This document shows positions 1 to 7,653 of a DNA stretch of 24,000 bases, piece after piece (positions within the stretch are counted from its first letter, which is position 1; each line of letters starts with the position of its first letter). The DNA is from Lachnospiraceae bacterium (lineage in GTDB: Bacteria; Bacillota; Clostridia; Lachnospirales; Lachnospiraceae). Location: NCBI GenBank assembly GCA_024399135.1, contig JAKSHY010000002.1, forward strand, positions 116,238 to 140,237. The letters are read 5' to 3'. The translations under genes were made by a program, and so were the position numbers. Under the pieces are notes generated by a model, which worked only from the letters and a program-made list of their open reading frames with translations, did not search any database and had not been told where the DNA came from.

Positions 1-19
1 TTAATTGGTTCTGTGCCAT
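1..19 (-). CDS. 5' end of an unidentified gene running off the left edge (only MAQNQL visible)
   Basis: ATG at 19..17 is preceded by AAGGAG (30..25) with a 5-nt spacer. TATAAT-like boxes lie at about 54..43 on the minus strand. The visible part is too short to identify. Confidence 0.35.
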
Positions 20-104
20 TTTTTCTCCTTAATGTAATAAATATTATAATTATATCTCTTAACCATAAAATAAACAATTAGAATTATATTTGCGAAAAGA
101 TACA

Positions 105-135
105 ATCAAAATAGGACCTCCTGTATAGAAGGTCC
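105..135 (-). terminator. Putative intrinsic terminator downstream of the DUF1524 ORF
   Basis: GGACCT (114-119) pairs with AGGTCC (130-135), giving a 6-bp stem and 10-nt loop. On the minus strand it is followed by TATTTTGATTG. Confidence 0.45.
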
Positions 136-157
136 CTAATTCTTTGATGCTCTTTAA

Positions 158-1231
158 TTAGTTTGCCAAAACAGTTTCTCGCGTTTCATCAAACACCTTA
201 ATAAACAAATCCCCTCTTTGACTCTTCAATTCTTCGATATTTGTAATATCAGAATACTTACCAAAATCTTTTTCTTCGATTTCTTCATATTTGGTGATTT
301 GTGATTTTAACCAAGCATCTGTTATTTCATTTAAGGCTTTACTCTTTTTAGCAATATTGTCTGTTTTAGGCAGCAATGCCAGATTCGTTAAACTATCCTT
401 CATAATAGAGTTTGCCATATTGTTTCCACCAAACTTTTCTTGTGGAATTATGTGGTCAACTTCAATCTTATCTGCCGAACTATTATAAGGCTCAATATTC
501 TTTAATGAATAGTAATAATACAAAATAGGTGTCATCGTTTTCTGTGTTACTGGCTGACCATTATAAGAACCAGATAGAGCACCTTCTATAAATGTCTTCC
601 ACTCTTGCTTTGCAACTGGTAAAATTCTGTTCTTCCAGTCTTTAATATCTGCAGACATTTTGGAGTCACCAGAGCCTCTCCACACCTTAGTAGAATATTC
701 GAAAACCAATCTATCAAAAAGAATTCGAGCATCTCGCTGAAACGCCTTGTATTGCGCGCCACTCACAGTTGGACAACCCTTATCTTTCCAATCCTCTAAC
801 AAAATAGCTATAAACTCCAAAGAAATCGCATTTCCAAGTAATTTAGCCATCGGCTTATCCCATGACTGAAAATACTTAAAAAATGTATCCGTCATAAGAA
901 TTTCGCATACTTTATTTATATCATTTACCAAGTCATCAATATCCGTGTCCCAATTAATATTTTTACCTTTTTCTAAACTTGAAACACTTTGCGCTGACAT
1001 TCCTTGTGCGCATACTGAACTGATAAGTTTGAAGCCTAAAGTTATTTTATCCATAGAAATTTCATCATGAATAACTGTTGAATCAAATATCAATCGTTTC
1101 TTATCAATTCTTGAAATCAATGTGGCAGCTAAATCCCATCTAACAACTCCATCCGGCTCTTCAACTCCCAAATTTTTATACATATCTTTTACAAGAAGCA
1201 AACGGTAACAACAAGTAACATATGGTAACAA
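158..1231 (-). CDS. DUF1524 / HNH-type nuclease domain protein (GmrSD C-terminal-half-like), apparently missing the N-terminal DUF262 half; possibly a 5'-truncated remnant
   Basis: The C-terminal motif VDHIIPQ...(N)...NLALLPKTDNIAKKSK is typical of the DUF1524 His-Me finger. No DGQQR/ParB-like DUF262 motif is present. The first 10 track codons are encoded by the GTAACA decamer repeats, so the first plausible ATG is 1183 (MYKNLG), and it has no convincing SD. Confidence 0.6.
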   Translation of the reverse strand: MLPYVTCCYRLLLVKDMYKNLGVEEPDGVVRWDLAATLISRIDKKRLIFDSTVIHDEISMDKITLGFKLISSVCAQGMSAQSVSSLEKGKNINWDTDIDDLVNDINKVCEILMTDTFFKYFQSWDKPMAKLLGNAISLEFIAILLEDWKDKGCPTVSGAQYKAFQRDARILFDRLVFEYSTKVWRGSGDSKMSADIKDWKNRILPVAKQEWKTFIEGALSGSYNGQPVTQKTMTPILYYYYSLKNIEPYNSSADKIEVDHIIPQEKFGGNNMANSIMKDSLTNLALLPKTDNIAKKSKALNEITDAWLKSQITKYEEIEEKDFGKYSDITNIEELKSQRGDLFIKVFDETRETVLAN

Positions 1232-1240
1232 TCAGTAACA
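1201..1240. repeat. Four tandem 10-bp units, each ending in GTAACA (aacgGTAACA acaaGTAACA tatgGTAACA atcaGTAACA)
   Basis: Read directly from the sequence. GTAACA occurs at 1205-1210, 1215-1220, 1225-1230 and 1235-1240, an exact 10-bp period. Confidence 0.85.
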
Positions 1241-1371
1241 AACCACAAATCGGCAAGCAATGTCTCTGTCCAGACAGACACACGAGCGCTTGCTGGTAGT
1301 TGCTCCCAAGCCCTTCAAACAATCCGGAGGATTGGACTACGCTGATTATGAATAAAACTTTTAATCCAACA

Positions 1372-3396
1372 CTAACTTTCCGCTAATTCATTTTCCATTT
1401 CTTTTATTTTGTCTAAATTAACTTCGAAGAGTTTATAATACTTCTTTTCTAAGTGCTTTTTTCTTTTCTCTGTCAATATATTAACTACTTCAAAAATATT
1501 CACTTTCTTATTCGTTATAAAAGAAGCAACACACCCAACAAATGGTGGAACTATCGCTAATCCACTAATTAAATATGTCTTGTAAGTAGCATTTAAAAAA
1601 ATATATGCAATAATAATTCCAATATAATATAAAACAACTAAGATCCTAAATCCATTTTTAAATACTTTTGTTCTCTTATCTATCATTCTATCTGCTTTTT
1701 CTTTTATCTTTAAGCAATCAGAATAACGTTTTCTCAACTCCGTCTTAGCTTTTTCTCTTAATTCTTCTTTTTCTAAAATAAGTTGATTTTTTTCGGAGCT
1801 ATTATTCAATATATTCTCGTCTTTTTTCTTTAAAATGGCTTTGTATTCCTCAATTGCCCTATCTCGTTCTTTTAATTCACTATCTAATCTTTCTTTCTCT
1901 GATTGATATATTGACAAATCTTTTTCGGACAAGAAATCTAACACATCGTCCAGAACTCTTATTTCTATTTCTTCTGGTTTCTTTGCTTCTTCTCTTAACG
2001 AAAGAATGACATCCGCCATCTGTTCAGCGTCAAGTTTTTTATTCCGATAATCATCATAAGCCTTTTCATATTTTTCTGAGACCGATTGTGATATCATACT
2101 TGACAGCACGATTTTAGCCTTTAGCAAGACGCTGAAATTTGAAGGAAAATCTTTTGCACCAAATCCTTTATTTAAATCAAACCATAATCTATTAGTAATA
2201 CCACTCATATTAATTGCTAACGGAATTTTTCTTACTGCCATATCATTAGAAATAAACAACATTTTGCCAACTTCAGTTAGTACAATATGCTGACAGGATT
2301 TCAAGTCATCTACATCATTTTCTTTTCTTAAAATATTTACATAATTAATATGTTTTATATATCTAAATTTATCATCCGAAAGCTCATATTTTGCAATACA
2401 TTCCTCGCTTTCAAGATTATATTTCTGATTAGCCTCTTCATAATAGTTATATCCATCAGCTTGAACTATTCCTTTTGCTTTAAGTAAGCTAAAGAAAGCA
2501 GCTTTCTTTTCAATAACATCTGCTGCAGTCTTACAACCGTTTACAATCGTGTTCATCGCATAATTTTCGACATCTACAATATCATTTCCAAGAACTATAT
2601 TTTCTGCTTTTGTAAAAAATTTATCGATCTCAATTTTAACATCTTCAAAATACCTCACTTTTATATTATGTGAGCCACTTTTACTATTCATTTCATATAT
2701 TAGGCTAAGCAAATCCTCCACATGTCTTTTAAATACCTCTCCATTATATCCGGCCAAGTGAAATAAAATCTCTATCTCAGCATATAATATAATAGGTTTA
2801 TTCCAAGCCCGTCTTTCTGAAACATTACTATTATGATTAATGCCCGCATACAAAACAGCGCCTTCTTTAATTGTATTAATCATTGCCATAATATCTTTAT
2901 CATCCTGTTTTTCTACAATATAAGCACTTATGACATCTGAAAAATGGTTTCCATTTGATTCATCCAATAAAAAAGCACAAAATTCCTTAACTAATTGTTC
3001 TTTTTCTTTTGCAGATAATTCTCCTCTTTTTTCTTCTGCAAATTTTTCAAGTTCACGTATTACATTATCGCTTTTCGAAATAGCATTTTGACATTGTTCA
3101 TCAATTGAAGAATTTGGAAGTTTACTTATATCAACTGTATATTGATTATTCTCTCTCGATACATAATCTATTTTCTTTAAAGAAGTCTGAATAACATAAT
3201 CTGGAATACAAAATCCATACTGTGCTCGAATTTTTTCAGAAATATCCGTAATTCCAAAACAATATAAACCTGTACCTATAACTATTCCCTCAACAAAACG
3301 TGAAACAATAAAATAAATATCACTTTTTCCATCATTATATAATTGTCTAAATGTAACCAAAGACGCTAAATTTTTAACTTCTGTACTTAATCTCAT
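1372..3396 (-). CDS. Hypothetical 674-aa protein: globular N-terminal two-thirds with no motif I recognise, a long charged coiled-coil, then two C-terminal TM helices
   Basis: ATG at 3396 (MRLSTEV) lies 13 nt after the hsdR TAG (3412..3410), with GAAGGAA between them. The track start at 3429 overlaps hsdR and has no SD. The heptad-like K/E-rich region is SEKERLDSELKERDRAIEEYKAILKKKDE...EKEELREKAKTELRKRY. The hydrophobic segments are FRILVVLYYIGIIIAYIFL and LISGLAIVPPFVGCVASFI (about nt 1500-1650). Confidence 0.8.
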   Translation of the reverse strand: MRLSTEVKNLASLVTFRQLYNDGKSDIYFIVSRFVEGIVIGTGLYCFGITDISEKIRAQYGFCIPDYVIQTSLKKIDYVSRENNQYTVDISKLPNSSIDEQCQNAISKSDNVIRELEKFAEEKRGELSAKEKEQLVKEFCAFLLDESNGNHFSDVISAYIVEKQDDKDIMAMINTIKEGAVLYAGINHNSNVSERRAWNKPIILYAEIEILFHLAGYNGEVFKRHVEDLLSLIYEMNSKSGSHNIKVRYFEDVKIEIDKFFTKAENIVLGNDIVDVENYAMNTIVNGCKTAADVIEKKAAFFSLLKAKGIVQADGYNYYEEANQKYNLESEECIAKYELSDDKFRYIKHINYVNILRKENDVDDLKSCQHIVLTEVGKMLFISNDMAVRKIPLAINMSGITNRLWFDLNKGFGAKDFPSNFSVLLKAKIVLSSMISQSVSEKYEKAYDDYRNKKLDAEQMADVILSLREEAKKPEEIEIRVLDDVLDFLSEKDLSIYQSEKERLDSELKERDRAIEEYKAILKKKDENILNNSSEKNQLILEKEELREKAKTELRKRYSDCLKIKEKADRMIDKRTKVFKNGFRILVVLYYIGIIIAYIFLNATYKTYLISGLAIVPPFVGCVASFITNKKVNIFEVVNILTEKRKKHLEKKYYKLFEVNLDKIKEMENELAES

Positions 3397-3409
3397 TTTC
3401 TCATTCCTT

Positions 3410-6400
3410 CTACGCTGCCGCATTGGCATTTATTGTCTCTATAACCTTCCTAATTCCCATCCACACATTCAGATCTGTAAATATTTCAACCACACTTCCC
3501 TGGTCTGTAAAAGGTGATTCCTGAAGAACAGAAAGATCCTTCATCATTCCGTTGTGAACGATATATTCCACTATCTGATTCACAAAATATATCTGCCTGC
3601 TATCAAGGCTTGTGCTTGTCAGATATTCTGAGAAAGCTTCCTTGGCAGCATTCATATCAAGACCAACGATCTCACGAACTAATTCGCCTAATGGCTTCTG
3701 TCCATACTCATGCTCATAATCCTGCTTAGTACCAACCTCATTCCAAAGGATATCCTCAAGTGTTGATATATCAGAACTTGTAAGAGGCTGATTAGTCTTA
3801 AGCTTTGCAATTACAACATTATCTTGATGTTGCCTAATATAGAATTCAGCTTTAGCTTTGTAATTCTTCAATTCATCATTTTCAAGCTCAGATTCCTTCC
3901 ATTCCACAGACAAAAGATCATCTTCAAAATTCGTATCATAACGAAGCTTATGCTTCGGAATATACTTCATAAGATCACGGAGTTTTTCTCTGATTTCTTC
4001 AAATTCATTGATACCGGCATTATCAAGATAATCTGTATTTAGAATCTTCTGAATCAAATCGCTCTGCATCTGAATCTCAGGAATATTTGCCACACTGGCA
4101 ATACCTTCTACCTTCTTATAAAGGTCGCTTCTTGCTCGTGTATATTTCTTGCCTACAAGATAAGCAAGTTCTATGCCATACATAAGTGCATCAAATCTTA
4201 CTGCACTCGCCTCATCATCATCCGGCAAAATGAGTGGTGCCAGTTCTTCCCTGACAATCAATGTGTCCTCATAGGTAAGACACTGATAATTAGTTTCCGC
4301 AGAATATAAATCCACATATTTCAAATGCTGACGAACTGCAAAATTGTCTCTTGGTAACTCCTGCACCTTTTCAGACATTTGTTTTACCAAAAGATTTCTA
4401 TATGCAATGAGTCTTTCAATCTGATAATCAATATCCTGCAATTTATAAGAAATCTCAAATTTCAAGTTAAAGATAGCTCCCTGTAGAGCAATCATATTGG
4501 CAGTTGCTTTACCTTTATTCATTCGGAAGAATTCAAAGTTTCCGCAGAAATCAAATATATAGAACTTCTGCTTATCTTCCCCATCAATAAGTCCAGGACA
4601 AAGTCTGGTACCACGTCCAATCATCTGCCAGAATTTTGCCTTACTCATAACCTTCTTGAAGAATACAAGGTTTATTACTTCCGGTACATCAATACCGGTA
4701 TCCAGCATATCAACAGAGATAGCAATCTGTGGCATCTTCTTTGGATCAGAGAATTCATCTATAGCACTCTGGGCATAGGTCATATAGTTATCAATCACCT
4801 TTGCATAATCCGGAAGATGTGGATACTCCTTATGGAATACTTCAAGTATCTTTTCAGCATGATCATGATTCTTTGCAAATATAATGGTTTTACCAATCTT
4901 CTGACCATAATCTATCTTGATTCCATTGGTCATAAGTGTATGGAGAACCTGACGAATTGTATCCTCATTGAAAATCCATGTATTTAATGCAGATGAACCT
5001 ATAGACTCCGGAAGCTCACCATTTTCATCCTCAAAGGTAGCCTCATACTCTTCTTTATCTTTCTCTGATAAATCATCATAAACAATACCCTGTTCAATGA
5101 ATTTCAGTTTTGATTCTACCGAAACATAGTCAACAAGATATCCATCCTTTACTGCCTGAGCTAAATCGTAACCATAGGTAGGCACACCATTTTCCAGTTC
5201 AAATACTTCATAAGTATTTTTATCAATTTCATCCTTTGGAGTTGCTGTTAATCCTACCAATGGCGCATCGAAATAGGTAAAAATATCGCGATATTTATTA
5301 TAAATTGATCTATGGGCCTCATCACAGATTACCAGGTCAAAATGGCCACAGGTAAACAGTTTCCCATCGTTATCATTAACCGTATCAATGCAGTTAATCA
5401 TGGTCTGATATGTAGAAAATACGCAGTGAGCGTTATAATTATCTTTTTCCTCACACAGGTTCGTGCATGACAAATTAGGAAGCATATTTACAAAGCTTCT
5501 CTTTGCCTGTGTAACCAGCGAATTTCTATCTGCAAGGAAAAGAATATTCTTTACCCAGCCCGCTTTCAGTAAGCAATCGCAAAGAGCAATAACAGTTCTT
5601 GTCTTACCTGAACCCGTTGCCATTACAAGAAGTGCTTTTCTACGATTCTTCTCGTCAAAGCTATGACATACTGCCTTAATTGCTGATTCTTGATAATAAC
5701 GGCCGGCAATGTTTTTATCTACACTTACATGCTTTAGGCTTGTACGCATAGTAAGCAAATTGAACCACTTCTCCAAATCTCTCTTGGAATAGATTACAGA
5801 GCACTTTCTCTCAGGATATTGGTCATCGATGATATGCGTATCAAATCCATTGGTAAGAAATACAACTGGTCTCCTCTTATATTTCTGTTCCAATAAATCG
5901 GCATATAATTTTGCCTGCTGTCTACCCTTGGATACATCTACGCAGGTCCGTTTTGCTTCAATTACTGCCAATGGCTTATGCATGTCATCGTAAAGTACAT
6001 AGTCTGCATAACCCACTTCTGATTTGTTAGGCATACCCGGAAGCTCTACTTCATTAATCCAGTCCTTTCCTTCGGTCCAGCCTGCATCCATAAGCATAGA
6101 ATCAATATAAAGCTTTCTAGTTTTATACTCAGATAAATCCAATGGCTTTGGAACATAAGTCTGCTGCTGTTCCTGTCTACGGGCAGATAATTCTTCCTTG
6201 AGAGAAGCATTTTCAGCAATCAGCTTCTGTAAGTCAAGTTCCTGCTGTGCATTCTTCTCCTGCTCCTTAGCAAGTTCTTCTTTGGTCTGCGCTGCAGTTT
6301 CTTTAGATTTTTTCGCTTTTTCTATACGGTCACTAATGATCTTCTTATCAAAGACACGTTCTTCATACTGGTCAGAGTAGCAATAAGCAATAAAATCCAA

Positions 6401-6754
6401 ATAAATAAACAGATTCTCCAGGCATAGCATGGCCTCATCTCTGCCAAGCTTCTTGTTACTGTGAGCCACATTATTGCCGCAACGACGAATATAATCCATA
6501 CGCTTCCAAAGATCAGCACCTATAATCTGTCTGTATTCTTCTGCATTCATAAGGCTCTGCAAATTATCCTGGTAAGGCATCTCCAGTTCCTTATCCACGG
6601 AATACATCCATTTCAGAGCGAACTCCATCGCCATGCGGCTATTAATAATACTAGCCTCCGGATCCATAAGAATAATCTTCTCAGCTGATATTGCCACATC
6701 CTCAAAGGAAGCGAATTTCGATTCATTTTTCAAATAATCAAAGTTGGTTATCAT
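3410..6754 (-). CDS. hsdR: Type I restriction endonuclease R subunit (N-terminal DUF4145-like domain, coiled-coil linker, PD-(D/E)xK nuclease, SF2 helicase, EcoEI_R_C-like tail)
   Basis: Motifs seen: YADYVLYD...VIEAKR (nuclease), MATGSGKTRT (motif I), VICDEAHRS (DEAH), GLTATP (III), QMIGRGTR (VI). ATG at 6754 (MITNFDYL) has GGAGG 9 nt upstream. The track start at 6763 is TTG. Confidence 0.95.
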   Translation of the reverse strand: MITNFDYLKNESKFASFEDVAISAEKIILMDPEASIINSRMAMEFALKWMYSVDKELEMPYQDNLQSLMNAEEYRQIIGADLWKRMDYIRRCGNNVAHSNKKLGRDEAMLCLENLFIYLDFIAYCYSDQYEERVFDKKIISDRIEKAKKSKETAAQTKEELAKEQEKNAQQELDLQKLIAENASLKEELSARRQEQQQTYVPKPLDLSEYKTRKLYIDSMLMDAGWTEGKDWINEVELPGMPNKSEVGYADYVLYDDMHKPLAVIEAKRTCVDVSKGRQQAKLYADLLEQKYKRRPVVFLTNGFDTHIIDDQYPERKCSVIYSKRDLEKWFNLLTMRTSLKHVSVDKNIAGRYYQESAIKAVCHSFDEKNRRKALLVMATGSGKTRTVIALCDCLLKAGWVKNILFLADRNSLVTQAKRSFVNMLPNLSCTNLCEEKDNYNAHCVFSTYQTMINCIDTVNDNDGKLFTCGHFDLVICDEAHRSIYNKYRDIFTYFDAPLVGLTATPKDEIDKNTYEVFELENGVPTYGYDLAQAVKDGYLVDYVSVESKLKFIEQGIVYDDLSEKDKEEYEATFEDENGELPESIGSSALNTWIFNEDTIRQVLHTLMTNGIKIDYGQKIGKTIIFAKNHDHAEKILEVFHKEYPHLPDYAKVIDNYMTYAQSAIDEFSDPKKMPQIAISVDMLDTGIDVPEVINLVFFKKVMSKAKFWQMIGRGTRLCPGLIDGEDKQKFYIFDFCGNFEFFRMNKGKATANMIALQGAIFNLKFEISYKLQDIDYQIERLIAYRNLLVKQMSEKVQELPRDNFAVRQHLKYVDLYSAETNYQCLTYEDTLIVREELAPLILPDDDEASAVRFDALMYGIELAYLVGKKYTRARSDLYKKVEGIASVANIPEIQMQSDLIQKILNTDYLDNAGINEFEEIREKLRDLMKYIPKHKLRYDTNFEDDLLSVEWKESELENDELKNYKAKAEFYIRQHQDNVVIAKLKTNQPLTSSDISTLEDILWNEVGTKQDYEHEYGQKPLGELVREIVGLDMNAAKEAFSEYLTSTSLDSRQIYFVNQIVEYIVHNGMMKDLSVLQESPFTDQGSVVEIFTDLNVWMGIRKVIETINANAAA

Positions 6755-6780
6755 AAGGCACAACCTCCCAACACTCTAAA

Positions 6781-7305
6781 CTATTTAAACAATTCAGGTT
6801 CTTCATTGTACAAATCAATTAACCATGGTTGTGGGACATATACAAGTATCATTTCATTATCCCAACCAAGTGAAACAGCCTGATCAGGTTGATGTATAAA
6901 GAGTCCATTTAATAAATACACAGTGTCACCTGAATTTCTGTCCAATTTAATTGCTTTCTCTTTGCTACGCAAAAGTTTACATACTATTTTCATTTGCTCT
7001 GGACTTAACTTTTGTAGTTTCTTTCTTTGATTCTCCTTGAATTTCTTATTTTTTCTTTTCGAACATATATAAGAAAATATTGATGAAATAGCTAAAGTAA
7101 AAATCAAAGACAGACTAAGTAAGAAAATAATACCAATTATTTGCTTCCACATATCAGGCAAGTTATTCAGTGACATTTTTTCAAGAATTTCTATTGGAAG
7201 AAACAATAGCATGCCTGACAATATTGCTACAGCAATGAGTGCCGGTGTTATTTTCTTAAAATTATCAAATGTTTTCTCTGCTATACTATCAACCGATATA
7301 TTCAT
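6781..7305 (-). CDS. Two-TM membrane protein with a C-terminal soluble domain; resembles the superinfection-exclusion SieB family (PF14163) from memory, unverified
   Basis: TM segments: ITPALIAVAILSGMLLFLPI and IIGIIFLLSLSLIFTLAISSIF. These are followed by a basic stretch KRKNKKFKENQRKK, then LSPEQMKIVCKLL...SGDTVYLLNGLFI...PQPWLIDL. Its ATG directly abuts the upstream stop (TAAATG at 7308..7303). Confidence 0.6.
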   Translation of the reverse strand: MNISVDSIAEKTFDNFKKITPALIAVAILSGMLLFLPIEILEKMSLNNLPDMWKQIIGIIFLLSLSLIFTLAISSIFSYICSKRKNKKFKENQRKKLQKLSPEQMKIVCKLLRSKEKAIKLDRNSGDTVYLLNGLFIHQPDQAVSLGWDNEMILVYVPQPWLIDLYNEEPELFK

Positions 7306-7644
7306 TTATCTTCGACCTTTCTTCATACCTTGTGATATTTGTTGACGAATTTCAGGCATCTTTATAGCTTCAGTCATAAGCGTATTCATCATATCTGCCC
7401 CAAGTTTATTTTCCATTTCCTTCTGCATCAGTTCAAGCTGATGTTTATGCTCGATTTCTTGTTTTTCAAGATCATATTTATGTTTCTCTCGTTCAGTTTC
7501 CAAATCTAATTCATGTTGCTTAATTAACTTTTCAATTTCTCCTTTTGTCTCTTTACGAGATATCATTACAGAAGATATTGCTGCAATTAAAGCACCAAGA
7601 ACTGAAACTATATATGGCATTATTTCTTTGATAATCTCTAACAT
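7306..7644 (-). CDS. Small single-TM protein with a highly charged coiled-coil tail (112 aa), unknown function
   Basis: N-terminal TM segment PYIVSVLGALIAAISSVMI, followed by KETKGEIEKLIKQHELDLETEREKHKYDLEKQEIEHKHQLELMQKEMENK. AGGAG lies 7 nt upstream and overlaps the hsdS stop codon. Confidence 0.75.
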   Translation of the reverse strand: MLEIIKEIMPYIVSVLGALIAAISSVMISRKETKGEIEKLIKQHELDLETEREKHKYDLEKQEIEHKHQLELMQKEMENKLGADMMNTLMTEAIKMPEIRQQISQGMKKGRR

Positions 7645-7653
7645 AACTTTCTC

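Noticed and set aside
3397-3429. N-terminal extension MPMRQRRRNEK of the 685-aa track ORF, overlapping the hsdR 3' end
   Set aside because: It has no SD and overlaps hsdR by 20 nt. The internal ATG at 3396 has GAAGGAA at the proper spacing, just after the hsdR stop.
6180-6330. Long Q/E/K-rich coiled-coil between the N-terminal DUF4145-like domain and the nuclease core of HsdR, considered as a possible fusion artefact or insertion
   Set aside because: The frame is continuous with no internal start or stop signals. HsdR proteins with an N-terminal DUF4145 domain joined by a helical linker are a known architecture.
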